Origin: a virus
IMG/VR virus record: IMGVR_UViG_3300028029_000006
Span: 345,148-409,147 of that record
Reading direction: 5' to 3' (one strand)
Length of the DNA stretch: 64,000 bases
The first letter of the stretch is position 1. Each line of letters starts with the position of its first letter. Position numbers and translations under genes: made by a program. This document shows, piece after piece, positions 48,716 to 59,478 of this stretch. The notes beneath the pieces are model-generated. The model searched no databases, was not told where the DNA came from, and saw only the letters and a program-made list of their open reading frames with translations.

Positions 48716-48858
48716 CAATATAGTCATGATCCATCAGATAGTCAACAAGTTTTCTCGCACGGTTTTGGGAGATGGCTTAAGACACACCACGGCCCTAGTT
48801 GCGGCAGCAACTTATGGGAATGCTTATGTGTGTTTGAGGTTTTCATTTTATTTATTTG

Positions 48859-48940
48859 TGGAAGTGAACGGAGTCGAACCGCTACGGCTAAAAAACGTTG
48901 GGTTTACAGCCCAGTGAGCCCGCCAATGCTCAGCACTTCC
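48859..48940 (-). tRNA. tRNA-Tyr(GTA)
   Basis: Loop CU-GUA-AA, long variable arm. Confidence 0.88.
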
Positions 48941-48949
48941 ATACCATCT

Positions 48950-48977
48950 ATTATAACCACTTATTAGTTGTCGTCAA
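48950..48977 (-). promoter_or_regulatory. Sigma70-like promoter
   Basis: TTGACG-16nt-TATAAT, 9 nt upstream of tRNA-Tyr. Confidence 0.78.
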
Positions 48978-49221
48978 GATTTTTCTCAAATAAAATTTTT
49001 GTTCTATAAACATTACCTACATTTGCGTCTTCAATATTTCGAATTGCTGAGGTAATTGCTTTGACAAGTGTATCACCTTCTCTATCAAACTCTATTTCAC
49101 AGACATTGTTTATTAACGAAACTAAAGCATCGTCACATCCGTTTGAATATAATTTGTCAGCAACATCTTCATACGTCAAATCAAATGTGCTAATTAAAAA
49201 AGAAAAATTAAAGATAGTCAT
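48964..49221 (-). CDS. Small protein with LYxxGCDDAL..FDRE motif
   Basis: DKLYSNGCDDALV...FDREGDTLVKAITSAIRNIE. Confidence 0.55.
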   Translation of the reverse strand: MTIFNFSFLISTFDLTYEDVADKLYSNGCDDALVSLINNVCEIEFDREGDTLVKAITSAIRNIEDANVGNVYRTKILFEKNLDDN

Positions 49222-49238
49222 ACTTTTCAATTCCTTTA

Positions 49239-50048
49239 TCACATAATTTTATAATTTTTTTCTGCTAGAACTTTGTTAGCTTTATATTCAGTTATTTGCC
49301 TACCACTATTTTGAGGAACCCAAATTTTATCCATCTGATTCATGTTATAATTAAAATAAACAATTTCAGCCATTATATCAGCTAAATTAGTTATTTTAGG
49401 ATTATTAGGTTTCATCCCATCTTTGGTCATCTCTTCAATTAAAGCCATAGATTTTGTAAGATTCAAGCTTAAACCCATATTATAAAATTTTGAAATCATT
49501 CTTAATCTGCTTCGCTGACAAAGTTGTCCGCTTTTAAAATTATTAATACGATAAAGTTCTATAATTGTATCATCAATCATTTTTTTAATTTCTATTTTAG
49601 TAGGAAGACGTAAACTATCATTCATTTCTAAATTCAAAACGGTTTGATAAATATCTTCTAAAACCATAACATAACCAAACCATCTAGTACCAAATAAAAA
49701 TTTAAGATAAACCTCTTCATTTCTCAACAAACTGATTAAATCATCAAAACCTTCTAAAATTAATTTATCACCAGTTTCTTTATAAACCAAATCCTTTTGT
49801 AAAAGATCCATTAAAACCGGAACATATTGTTCTGACTTCATATTTTCAATCCAACCATAATCATTATAAACACCTTTAATAGGCAAGGAATAAGGTTGCC
49901 ATAAACCGTCGCTACTGCACCTATTAAAGCGAATGCTTAAATTATTATTTTCAATTAAATTATTTTTAACAATTAAAAACAACCTAACAGAATCACCATG
50001 AGTTATTGGTAATTGACTAATTAAACAAGTTTCATTAAAACATCCCAT
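49239..50048 (-). CDS. Hypothetical protein
   Basis: MGCFNETCLISQLPI..G.YNDYG. Confidence 0.6.
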   Translation of the reverse strand: MGCFNETCLISQLPITHGDSVRLFLIVKNNLIENNNLSIRFNRCSSDGLWQPYSLPIKGVYNDYGWIENMKSEQYVPVLMDLLQKDLVYKETGDKLILEGFDDLISLLRNEEVYLKFLFGTRWFGYVMVLEDIYQTVLNLEMNDSLRLPTKIEIKKMIDDTIIELYRINNFKSGQLCQRSRLRMISKFYNMGLSLNLTKSMALIEEMTKDGMKPNNPKITNLADIMAEIVYFNYNMNQMDKIWVPQNSGRQITEYKANKVLAEKNYKIM

Positions 50049-50108
50049 TATTTTATTTCTCTCTTTCTTTCCAGTTCATTTAACCTAGCGCTTGTTAGGC
50101 ATACTATC

Positions 50109-51095
50109 ATGGCATTAATAACCGTAATAATAACAGAATCAGAGCGTCAAAGAATTTCCGGGATCCCAGAATTTGTAACTATAATTACAAGCATACCTTC
50201 AACTATTTTTTATACATTTGACGGAACTGATCCAAATACATCTTCAGATATCTACGTTGGAGGAGAATTAAAAATCCCAACTAACCAACCTAGTGTAACA
50301 TTTAAAGTTTTGGCAACCAACGGAACTGATTCTTCTGCAATTATTGAACGTTTTTTTCGTCCTAATATTATCATTGTTAGAAAAAGTCATGATCGAGTTG
50401 TCGTCAACAACTGCGGAGACTGTGGTGATTGTAGTACCTGCAGCCCAACAGGTCAAGGACAATGGACAAGTTTCGGCCCTGATGACCTTATTGTAGACAA
50501 ACCATCTGTAGAAAACATATTCGATGGCTATGATGGAACCGCGACTGGCACTCCAACGGGTGGAACAGATTTAGATTTATCTGAATATTTAATTAAATTT
50601 TCCGATTCTAACAGAGCCAATACTGAAAGAGGTCGAGGGATCGGGACTTTACCATCAGAAGTTACTGTAGTTATGCCACCACCACCACCAACATTTTCAG
50701 ATCGTAACAGTAGCTTATTTAATCCTAGAGCGCTAGTTATTTATCAAGATTCCCGTGAGGAGCCAGATGATCCAAGTGTTGTTAATATTAATAGGCAATT
50801 TTTTAGTTTACAAAATCCAGAAACAACAAAAGATGGTATATTATTAAATACAACCGCTTTTGAAGGAAATACAATTACCGGCTCTTTATTAAGAACACAT
50901 TTTAATCCTAGAGAAAATACTTTGACTTATTATTATTTCGATAGTCATGCTCTTCGTTGGATTATTTCAATAGAGCCGTTTACTCCAGCTTCTCCAAGAA
51001 CATCAGGATTGCAAAAAATCATGTTTTCTTCCAGGAGCGCAGCAGATCAGAAAGTATTTAGATGGATCCCATTTAAGGGAAGAAGTTTAATGTAA
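50109..51095 (+). CDS. Probable structural protein with N-terminal chitobiase/Fn3-like Ig domain
   Basis: STIFYTFDGTDPN..IY motif. Confidence 0.6.
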   Translation: MALITVIITESERQRISGIPEFVTIITSIPSTIFYTFDGTDPNTSSDIYVGGELKIPTNQPSVTFKVLATNGTDSSAIIERFFRPNIIIVRKSHDRVVVNNCGDCGDCSTCSPTGQGQWTSFGPDDLIVDKPSVENIFDGYDGTATGTPTGGTDLDLSEYLIKFSDSNRANTERGRGIGTLPSEVTVVMPPPPPTFSDRNSSLFNPRALVIYQDSREEPDDPSVVNINRQFFSLQNPETTKDGILLNTTAFEGNTITGSLLRTHFNPRENTLTYYYFDSHALRWIISIEPFTPASPRTSGLQKIMFSSRSAADQKVFRWIPFKGRSLM

Positions 51096-51110
51096 ATTAA
51101 GAAGTAAATT

Positions 51111-51977
51111 ATGACAGAAAAAAAGAGTCTAGCAATTATACTGGACGGTAAACCTAAGAAATTTAAAGGTTTTTGGGCAAGTGTGTCTAAATTTAAAACC
51201 TTTAAATCTTGTGCCGCCAAATTTAAATTTAATTATCTTGACAGATTACCTAAGAAATACCATGATTTTCATATTCTTGGGAAATTTGCGCATTTTAATT
51301 TAGAACAATTTCACCTCAAAAGATTAGCAGGAGATATTAGACCTGACAGTACTTTGATGAGCGAATGTTTTAAAGAAGGAGTTGAGGAGTTTAAGGAGAA
51401 ATTAACATCTGATCAAAAGAAAGAAGTATATCAGATGATGATTAAGTACCTAGAAATACTAGCAAAACAGCGTAAAGAAGGTTCTCTACCAAAAATATTA
51501 GAGGTAGAAGAAGAATTTTATATTACTCTTGATGGTCGTATTTTATTAATGGGATTTATCGATAGGGTTCAGCTAGATGCAGATGGAGTTTTGCACGTTG
51601 CTGATTATAAAACTTCAAAAAGCAAGACATATTTAAAAGAGGATATTTTTCAATTAATAACCTACGCATACGTAAAATGTTTGCAGGATCCTTCGATAAA
51701 GAAAGTTAGAGCTTCATATATTATGCTTAAGCACAACTTTGATTATATTACATTTGAATTTTCTCGCGAGGAAATAATGAAGATGGAAGAAAAATTCATG
51801 GGTGATTCTGATACTATTCTTGATGAAAAGTTATATAGACCTGAACCAAGCCCATTATGTTCATATTGTGACTTTATGGAGTCTTGTGCAGAAGGTAAGA
51901 AATTTCATGAAGAAAGAGAACGACAAAAAGAAAAAAGAAACAAAGCAGGCTCTACATGGGGTCGGCAGAAATGGTAA
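51111..51977 (+). CDS. PD-(D/E)XK nuclease (RecB/Cas4-like)
   Basis: GFIDRV, DYKT, QLITY, C..CxxC..C cluster ligands. Confidence 0.85.
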   Translation: MTEKKSLAIILDGKPKKFKGFWASVSKFKTFKSCAAKFKFNYLDRLPKKYHDFHILGKFAHFNLEQFHLKRLAGDIRPDSTLMSECFKEGVEEFKEKLTSDQKKEVYQMMIKYLEILAKQRKEGSLPKILEVEEEFYITLDGRILLMGFIDRVQLDADGVLHVADYKTSKSKTYLKEDIFQLITYAYVKCLQDPSIKKVRASYIMLKHNFDYITFEFSREEIMKMEEKFMGDSDTILDEKLYRPEPSPLCSYCDFMESCAEGKKFHEERERQKEKRNKAGSTWGRQKW

Positions 51978-51983
51978 GAAAAT

Positions 51984-53309
51984 ATGACGGTTGAAGTTAA
52001 AGAATTAGAATATTGCAAATTACAAGTAAGCTACACTGCTGATTCAGATGTGGTATTAGAGAAACGTGAAGAGGCATTAGAGACCTTAAAAAGATCTAAT
52101 CCGAAAGTGAGAGGGTTTAGGAATTTACCTTCTCGTTCCAAAAAAGGAAGAAATAAGATTAGAAGGAAAAGCTACGTAAAACCAAATGTTAATAAAGGCA
52201 AATTATTTGACCGTGCTTTGAAAACTCAATTCAAGAGTTATATTGAAAAAACTGTGATTAGTGAGTTGGTTTCTGAAGGGTATGATGAAACTCTTTATGA
52301 AACTAAAGTGAAGCCAATTGGTTATCCAGAAGTATCTAATCATACATTAGATAGTGATAATTTTAGTTGTGAAATGCTTTTGCTTCATAAGCCAAGTTTT
52401 AACCTTACTGAGTATAAAGAATTTGACATTCCAAGTCCAGAGGTTGAAGATGCCGTTGTTGAAGCGGAGGCAATGGTTCAAAAGTTACGTGAACAACATG
52501 CTGATGTTTTACCTTTTAAGAGTGAAGATTTTGTTCAAATGGGCGATTCTTTAACAATGGATATTAAAACTCTTGTTGATGAAAAAAAAATTGATTCATT
52601 AACTAAAGAAGGTTTATTTTATACTGTAGGAAGTTATACAAATGAAGAGTTTGATAATAACTTATTAGGAATGAAGGCTGGTGATAAAAAATCTTTTACA
52701 ATTGATTTTCCAGATGGCGAATCTATTAATCCTAGTTTAAGGGAAAAGAAGGCTATTTTTGAAGTTGAAGTTCATATGGGAACCAAAAAAGTTCCTGCAC
52801 CTTTGGATGATGAACTAGCTAAAAAAGCTGGAGCAAAAACAATTCAAGAATTACGCCAACACGCAGAAGCTACGGCTTCTCAAAGAATTGATGTAAGAAA
52901 AAACATTAAGTTAGCTGAACAAGTAATGAAACGTCTTGTTTTGAAACATGAATTTGAGGTTCCTGCTTGGTTAGCTTTGGCAGAATCAAAAAGAGGCGCC
53001 GCTTCTTTAGGAAAGAAATGGGACGATCTTTCTACTGAAGAAATTTTATCTTTAAATGAAGCTGCTAAAAAACAAGTTAAGTTGTCTCTTATTTTAGATT
53101 CCATTCGAGAGGAAGAGCCTTCAGCTGTTTTTTCAGAGAAAGAGTTGGTTAATCAGCTTAAATTAAACCTAGAAACCCAAGGATATCCAGATGCGATGTC
53201 TTTAATGAGAAAAATGCAAGTAGACGGTTCATTAATTGGACACATTGCACGAATTAGAGATGAAGCAACAGTTCAATGGATTATTCAAACCTGTAACATT
53301 GTAGAATAA
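51984..53309 (+). CDS. tig: Trigger factor
   Basis: VRGFR ribosome-binding signature, FKBP-like LLGMKAGDKKSFTIDFP, C-domain. Confidence 0.88.
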   Translation: MTVEVKELEYCKLQVSYTADSDVVLEKREEALETLKRSNPKVRGFRNLPSRSKKGRNKIRRKSYVKPNVNKGKLFDRALKTQFKSYIEKTVISELVSEGYDETLYETKVKPIGYPEVSNHTLDSDNFSCEMLLLHKPSFNLTEYKEFDIPSPEVEDAVVEAEAMVQKLREQHADVLPFKSEDFVQMGDSLTMDIKTLVDEKKIDSLTKEGLFYTVGSYTNEEFDNNLLGMKAGDKKSFTIDFPDGESINPSLREKKAIFEVEVHMGTKKVPAPLDDELAKKAGAKTIQELRQHAEATASQRIDVRKNIKLAEQVMKRLVLKHEFEVPAWLALAESKRGAASLGKKWDDLSTEEILSLNEAAKKQVKLSLILDSIREEEPSAVFSEKELVNQLKLNLETQGYPDAMSLMRKMQVDGSLIGHIARIRDEATVQWIIQTCNIVE

Positions 53310-53320
53310 GGAAGAAAAAA

Positions 53321-53674
53321 ATGGCAAGAAAAAAGAAAGCAGCAGTTCACCCAAGTCACCCAGAATTCCCAGAAAAGTTAGGAAAACACCTATCTGAAGT
53401 TTGGGTATCAGAAGCTGAAGCGATGGAACGTGAAGAGATGGATAAATGCATTGTTTCATGTGAAATGACAATTGAAGCTACTGAGAAAGATGTAAGTGAT
53501 GATTCTAAAATTCAAGACTTAAAGGAACAACTTAAATATCTTAATGAAGGATACAAAGGTGTTTTGGTGAGTCAAAAAGCGAAAATTAAGTTTTTGCTTT
53601 ATTTGATGAATTCTAGAGGGTATGACGTTCCACTTAATACCGATGTTAAAGAAGATGACGAAGAAGAAGAGTAG
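53321..53674 (+). CDS. Hypothetical protein
   Basis: Intact ORF. Confidence 0.5.
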   Translation: MARKKKAAVHPSHPEFPEKLGKHLSEVWVSEAEAMEREEMDKCIVSCEMTIEATEKDVSDDSKIQDLKEQLKYLNEGYKGVLVSQKAKIKFLLYLMNSRGYDVPLNTDVKEDDEEEE

Positions 53675-54092
53675 ATCAAAACTTCAAGAAGAATTCTTTA
53701 AATTTGCCAAGCAAACTGGAGGTTTTCCGTCCGGTTTGCTTGCAAGTGATTCTTTACCTGGATCACCAGGATCTGTAATTCAATTTACAGATATGGAAAT
53801 AGATGAAGATGGCACTGAGATTTGGACTCTTAATGGAAAATTACATCGAAGCAATGATGAACCAGCCGTTGTATCTCCTTGTGGTTATAAAGAATGGTGG
53901 CTTTATGGTAAAATACATAGAGTTGGTAAACCTGCAATTGAATATCCAGATGGAACAAGAGCTTGGTATGTTAATGGTATGAATCATCGTTTAGATGGGC
54001 CAGCTATGGAAAATTTTGACGGAACTAAATATTGGTTTATTGAAAATGTAATGTATACTGAAGAAGAATTTAATAATTACAAAAAAATCTAA
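53655..54092 (+). CDS. LHRxxxPA repeat protein
   Basis: Three repeats. Confidence 0.7.
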   Translation: MTKKKSRSKLQEEFFKFAKQTGGFPSGLLASDSLPGSPGSVIQFTDMEIDEDGTEIWTLNGKLHRSNDEPAVVSPCGYKEWWLYGKIHRVGKPAIEYPDGTRAWYVNGMNHRLDGPAMENFDGTKYWFIENVMYTEEEFNNYKKI

Positions 54093-54373
54093 TGATTAAA
54101 AAATATATAGTTAAAGCTTGTTGCGGAAAGCAATCTTATATTTTCCAAACAGATAAGTCAATAAAAAAATGTCACTTGGTCTTTTTTGAAAATAAAGGAT
54201 ATGTGGCACCAGATAATTTTAAAAATCATGGTCTTTTTTACGTTAGAGGTAATGGAATTTCTGCCAGCTGCTCTTTTGGAACAAATAGAATTACAGTTCG
54301 ATGCAGCGGGAGCGATTGCCCACAAAAAATGGAAGAGTTCGGAAAACTTTTAGAAAAAGCAGTTAGCAGTTAA
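54092..54373 (+). CDS. Hypothetical Cys-rich protein
   Basis: Intact ORF. Confidence 0.5.
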   Translation: MIKKYIVKACCGKQSYIFQTDKSIKKCHLVFFENKGYVAPDNFKNHGLFYVRGNGISASCSFGTNRITVRCSGSDCPQKMEEFGKLLEKAVSS

Positions 54374-54376
54374 AAC

Positions 54377-57300
54377 ATGAATAAATTCGTTAGTTTACAT
54401 AATCATACTTGTTATTCATTAATGAATAGCACCATTAAACCAGAAGCTTTATTTAAAAAAGCTAAACAATTAGATCATCCTGCTGTTGCGGTTACTGATA
54501 GCGGAACGATGTTTGCAGCTTTTGACGCTTTAAAGGCTTCCAAAAAAACTGATGTAAAATTGATCATGGGTTGTGAATTCTTTTTCACAGAAGATTTAAG
54601 TGATGAAAACAGTCAAATAACAAATATTATTCTTATTGCAAAAAATTATAAAGGATACAAAAATCTTCTATTAGCTCATAGATTAGGTAATGATAATTTT
54701 ATTGTTCGTTTTGGTAAAGTTATTCCAAGAATTGATTGGAAAATTTTGGAAGATTGTTCAGATGGATTAATTGCTTTGACTTCAGGTGGTGGAGGAATTC
54801 TTTCATCCCTAATTAATAAGAGACAATCTGAAGAAGCTTTTGAAAAAGCAAAACGATTAAAAGTTATTTTTGGAGAAAATCTAGGTTTAGAAATTCAACC
54901 ACATAATATGATTCGTCAAGCCAGTCCTTATAATGGTTATGAGGATCAAAGATTAGTTAATAATAAATTAATCAAATTCGGAAAAGAATTAGACATTAAA
55001 GTCGTTGCTACATGTGAAGCGCATTATTTAGAGAAAGAGCATCATAAAGCTCATGATGCACTGTTATCTATTGGGTCTGGGATGCCAGTTAGAACAAGGT
55101 ACAGATTGCGATATGATGTGCCGGAATTTTATCTTAAACAAAGAGAAGATATTATTAAGTTTTTTACTCGTCAAGGTCATAAGAATGCAGCAGAGTTTTG
55201 TGATAACTCGATTTTCTTTTCTAATTTATGTGAAGAACCAAATTGGATTGAACCTAAATTCTCTAATCCTTCTGGTCAAGAACTTCCAGATTTTCCAGTT
55301 GGAGATCAGGAAGATTATTCTGAGTTCAAATCTTGGTTAACAGATCAGTCAAAAGAAATTCAGGATAGTTCTGAGGAATCATCTTATATTAGGTATTTAT
55401 GTCTAAAGAAACTAAAAGAACTTAATAAAGGTAATGATCAAGAATATCTGGCTAGACTTGAGAAAGAGCTGGATGTATTTAATTACAAAGGCATTAATGG
55501 GTTCATGTTAATTGTGGCTGATTATGTGAATTGGACCAAAAATAACAACTTACCAGTTGGCCCTGGCCGTGGCTCGATTGGAGGATCTTTGTCAGCCTAC
55601 TTACTTGGTATTCATGATGCTGATTCAATCAAATACGGCTTAATCTTTGAAAGATTTTATAATAAATTAAAAGTTGGCATGAGTGATATTGATGTTGATT
55701 TTGGTCAATCCGCAAAACCTTTGGTTCAAAAATATATTCAAGAAAAATATGGATATGATTATGTGGCACATGTAAGTAACATCAACACTTTTACCCCAAA
55801 AGTATATTCTAAAGACATCGCTAGGGCTTTTCAATTTGGTGGAAGCAGAGAAACTGCAGTTGAAATAGGCACAGCGATTGCAGATTCAATTCCAGATGGT
55901 TTCAATACAATTAAGAAAGCTTTGGTTGGGGCTCCTTTATTTAAAGAATTCGCCAATACTGAAGATTATAAACAGATAAAGGATTTTGCAGATTGTTTAG
56001 ATGGACTTCCAAGAGCTAAAGGTACTCACGCGGGTGGTATTATCATTAGTAAAAGACCTTTGCATGAAATAGTTCCAGTTAGAAAAGATAAACATAATAA
56101 CTATGCCATTGAATATGAAAAAAATCGAGCAGAAGATGTTGGATTAGTTAAGATGGATGTTTTAGGATTATCAACTTTAGATATTATTGTAAATACTTTT
56201 AAAATTATCAAGTCAAGAAACAAGGAAACTCCTCCTTTACCTTGGGATTATGATCTTAATGATGAAAAAGCATATGACTTAATTGGGGAAGGTAATACAT
56301 ATGGAGTTTTTCAGTTTGGTACCTCTGCAGGAACAATGGATTTATGCTTCAAAATGAAGCCGAAAAATATGGAAGATCTTGCTATGATTACTTCAATGGC
56401 GCGTCCTGGTTTTCCAAAAGATGTTATTGATGATTTCGTTCTCAATAAAAAGAATGGTAAAATTGCCAACTTAATTCACCCCATATTGAAAAACTCATTA
56501 TCTCCAACTGTTGGTTATGCGCTGTTTGATGAAGTTTTGCTTCAATTAGCATATGATGTTGCCGGTTGGGAACTTGACGAAGCAGATAGATTAAGAAAAT
56601 TCATTAAAGATAAAGGTAAATATCCAGAAAAAGATAAAAAACTACAAGAAGATTTTATTAGAGGAGCTGTTGAAAACAGAAATCTTTCTTCATGTGATGC
56701 TAACTTAATTTGGGATAAAGTTGTATCTAATTTTGGAGCTTATATTTTCAACAAAGCTCACTCAATTACTTACTCATTTATTAGTTATCAAACAGCTTAT
56801 TTGAAAGCACATTTTCCAACTGAATTTCTTGTTGCTAACTTAATTTTTGAAGATAACTCAAATACTCAACTTTCACCCAAAAACAAGAAAAAACTCAAAA
56901 GAGAAATTAGAGGTTTAGGTGTTAATATTTCACCACCTGATATTAATAAATCTGATAATATATATAAAATATTAGATGAAGATAATATTCTTACAGGGTT
57001 ACAATCTCTTAAATTTATGGGTAAAGATGCTATCCCTGAATTATTAGAGAAAAGACCATTCACCAGTTTTCATGAATTAATATCTAAAATTAATGGAAGA
57101 TTAGCGAGAATCACAGCGATTCAAGCTATGGCAGCAAGTGGAGCTTTAGATGATTTTGGTTTGACTAGAAAGCAAATGTTTCTTTATGCCAGTGATTATA
57201 GAAAAAAATGGCAAGCTTGGGAAAAAAGAAAAACAAAAAAGGGTGAATTTAATTATCCTTGGCCAGATATTGATGAATGGACAATGCAAGAAAAATACGC

Positions 57301-57907
57301 AATGGAAACCCATTATTTAGGAGAGGCTTTTTGTTGCGGTTTTAAAGAGGCTTATGGTGATTTTTTTGATAATTGGGCATTAGATTTCTCTAAATTGGAA
57401 GAGATATTTCCTAATGATGATGGTAATTCTAAATATCATTTAAGTCGAGCTGACGGAGGAATTGTTGAAGGTGTTATTGTTGATCTTTTTGAGTTTACTG
57501 TTAAAAAAGAAGGTTCATCAATCTTCGGACAAACAATGATGAAGATATCACTAGAAGATATATATGGTAACGTAGTTCCTATGACTGTATTTCCTGGTGG
57601 AGTTGAGGATCTTAACAATCGTTTACGTATGCTAAGCGGTGGTAAGATTAAACTTGAAATAGGTACGGCTCTTCATGTTTCCAGTTTAATTCAATGGTAT
57701 GAAGGTGATATTTCATTGATATTCAGCAACTTAATTGCTGCAGCACCTCTTCCACCAAAACCAAAAAATTTAAAACATCAGAAAGTATCAATGAGAGTTG
57801 TTAAAAAGAAAAAAGAGAAAACGAGTAAATTAGATCCTAACAAATTTTTAGATGAAGTAGAAGACGATCTAATTATGACAGGAAATTCTGATATTGACGT
57901 TGATTGA
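54377..57907 (+). CDS. dnaE: DNA polymerase III alpha subunit
   Basis: PHP HNHT, GPGRGS, SDIDVDF, THAGG, KMDVLGL, FNKAHS, OB fold; no intein apparent. Confidence 0.97.
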   Translation: MNKFVSLHNHTCYSLMNSTIKPEALFKKAKQLDHPAVAVTDSGTMFAAFDALKASKKTDVKLIMGCEFFFTEDLSDENSQITNIILIAKNYKGYKNLLLAHRLGNDNFIVRFGKVIPRIDWKILEDCSDGLIALTSGGGGILSSLINKRQSEEAFEKAKRLKVIFGENLGLEIQPHNMIRQASPYNGYEDQRLVNNKLIKFGKELDIKVVATCEAHYLEKEHHKAHDALLSIGSGMPVRTRYRLRYDVPEFYLKQREDIIKFFTRQGHKNAAEFCDNSIFFSNLCEEPNWIEPKFSNPSGQELPDFPVGDQEDYSEFKSWLTDQSKEIQDSSEESSYIRYLCLKKLKELNKGNDQEYLARLEKELDVFNYKGINGFMLIVADYVNWTKNNNLPVGPGRGSIGGSLSAYLLGIHDADSIKYGLIFERFYNKLKVGMSDIDVDFGQSAKPLVQKYIQEKYGYDYVAHVSNINTFTPKVYSKDIARAFQFGGSRETAVEIGTAIADSIPDGFNTIKKALVGAPLFKEFANTEDYKQIKDFADCLDGLPRAKGTHAGGIIISKRPLHEIVPVRKDKHNNYAIEYEKNRAEDVGLVKMDVLGLSTLDIIVNTFKIIKSRNKETPPLPWDYDLNDEKAYDLIGEGNTYGVFQFGTSAGTMDLCFKMKPKNMEDLAMITSMARPGFPKDVIDDFVLNKKNGKIANLIHPILKNSLSPTVGYALFDEVLLQLAYDVAGWELDEADRLRKFIKDKGKYPEKDKKLQEDFIRGAVENRNLSSCDANLIWDKVVSNFGAYIFNKAHSITYSFISYQTAYLKAHFPTEFLVANLIFEDNSNTQLSPKNKKKLKREIRGLGVNISPPDINKSDNIYKILDEDNILTGLQSLKFMGKDAIPELLEKRPFTSFHELISKINGRLARITAIQAMAASGALDDFGLTRKQMFLYASDYRKKWQAWEKRKTKKGEFNYPWPDIDEWTMQEKYAMETHYLGEAFCCGFKEAYGDFFDNWALDFSKLEEIFPNDDGNSKYHLSRADGGIVEGVIVDLFEFTVKKEGSSIFGQTMMKISLEDIYGNVVPMTVFPGGVEDLNNRLRMLSGGKIKLEIGTALHVSSLIQWYEGDISLIFSNLIAAAPLPPKPKNLKHQKVSMRVVKKKKEKTSKLDPNKFLDEVEDDLIMTGNSDIDVD

Positions 57908-57917
57908 GGTAAAAAAA

Positions 57918-58583
57918 ATGAAATGTATGAGTTGTGAAGCAAAAATTCCATCAGAATGGAAATCAGCTATTCAAAATAATAGTTGTCCTGCATGTGGTGG
58001 GCAAATAATGACAGATGAAGTTAAATCAGTTTCTGATAATTTATCTGCTGTCATAGGTCAATTAATAAACTTAGGTGAAGAACCTATGGATTTATTACTA
58101 GATTCAGTTGGTTTAATAAGAAAACCGCTTCTGGGTCAAGGAAATGTTAGAATGCAAAATAATGAATTACCGGCTAACTTTAAAATTGCGGATAATTCTG
58201 TTCAGGACTTTTTATCTAGAACCAACTCCTCACATTTAAATAGAAGAGATACAGTTAAAAATATACTTAGTCGAGTCAACAATGCCAACGATGATAATAT
58301 GGTAACTGATTATGTTGATGATTATGAGGCTATTCCTCAAGATTATCAATCCACAGCAAGAGATGCTCTTGTAAATAACTCTATGACTACTGGAGGGGTT
58401 CCTCCTACTTCAGAAGAAACTGCCCTTTTAATGCAAGCTCTTGGTGATAATAACAACTTATCAGAAACGGATCAGATACACCCTGCACTTTATAAACAAA
58501 GAATGAAAAGATTAGCTAAAAGTAGAGAAGTAGCAAATGGTGGTGGCGGTGGTGGTAAATATAGATTTTCTAGGAGCGGGTAG
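57918..58583 (+). CDS. Zinc-ribbon hypothetical protein
   Basis: CMSC..CPAC; GAGG SD. Confidence 0.55.
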   Translation: MKCMSCEAKIPSEWKSAIQNNSCPACGGQIMTDEVKSVSDNLSAVIGQLINLGEEPMDLLLDSVGLIRKPLLGQGNVRMQNNELPANFKIADNSVQDFLSRTNSSHLNRRDTVKNILSRVNNANDDNMVTDYVDDYEAIPQDYQSTARDALVNNSMTTGGVPPTSEETALLMQALGDNNNLSETDQIHPALYKQRMKRLAKSREVANGGGGGGKYRFSRSG

Positions 58584-58588
58584 TTTAA

Positions 58589-58936
58589 ATGCTTAGGATT
58601 ATTGATAATAAAAAAATTGATTTAACCAATGAAGAATGGACTTTATATCAAAAAATATGCGAGTCATATGATGTAGAGAGAAGGGGAGTTAAAGGAAAAG
58701 ATCTTTTCACCGATTTATTTGAAACTAATAAACAAGGTATTATTATTTTCCTTAAACCACCTAAGCAATTAACTTCGATGGAAGTATACATGTTTTTAGT
58801 TAGTATAATGATTCATCAACATTTAGGCTCTGCTTGCGATCATGTTGACAGCTTAGTAAATAAAATGAACGAGAAAATGGACAAGTTAGACGAGTTAACA
58901 AAAAAAGTAGAAGCCTTATTAAATAAATCAGAATGA
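58589..58936 (+). CDS. Hypothetical protein
   Basis: Intact ORF. Confidence 0.55.
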   Translation: MLRIIDNKKIDLTNEEWTLYQKICESYDVERRGVKGKDLFTDLFETNKQGIIIFLKPPKQLTSMEVYMFLVSIMIHQHLGSACDHVDSLVNKMNEKMDKLDELTKKVEALLNKSE

Positions 58937-58992
58937 GTCGATGAGGCAGCTAATAGGCAATTTAAGAATTAACAGATTAAGGAAAGAAAAAT

Positions 58993-59469
58993 ATGACTTG
59001 GGAAGAACAAAAACCAAATACAGAAAGTTTAACATTGAAAGATTTGCCAGATAATTGGGATGGTTTTACAAAAGAAGGGAAAGTTCAGAAAAAATTAGAT
59101 GTTATTCAAGAGCAAATGGCAAGTGTAAGAAAAGGCACTTTTGATATTTCAAAAGGAGACAGAGTCGCTGCATTAATATTAGAAACTCAGTTAGATTTAT
59201 CTATTTTTATGAGTGATGAAGAGGCTAGAGCTAAAAGCTCAAAACATATAGCTGAATTTATTGAAGCAGAAGTTGGTAATGATATAGTTAAAAATTCAGA
59301 AAAAAAACCAAATGAAGCAACGATTAAAAGAGAATCTTTAGTTTCTGACAAAGTTAAAGACGCAAGGGCTACAATAATAGACAATGAAAAAAGTTACAAA
59401 AAATGGCGCTGCGTTTATGATATTTTAAGAGAAGCTCATATAATGTTTAGAAACATTTCAAGATTATAA
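58993..59469 (+). CDS. Helical protein, possible UvsY-like recombination mediator
   Basis: Size, coiled-coil character and position before recA; function inferred only. Confidence 0.35.
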   Translation: MTWEEQKPNTESLTLKDLPDNWDGFTKEGKVQKKLDVIQEQMASVRKGTFDISKGDRVAALILETQLDLSIFMSDEEARAKSSKHIAEFIEAEVGNDIVKNSEKKPNEATIKRESLVSDKVKDARATIIDNEKSYKKWRCVYDILREAHIMFRNISRL

Positions 59470-59478
59470 TGGTGATAC

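Noticed and set aside
51111-51977. Cas4 as part of a CRISPR-Cas locus
   Set aside because: No cas1/cas2 or array; stand-alone phage PD-(D/E)XK nuclease in a replication context
54377-57907. Intein in DnaE
   Set aside because: Length of 1176 aa is normal and no C...HN splice motifs or homing-endonuclease block were seen
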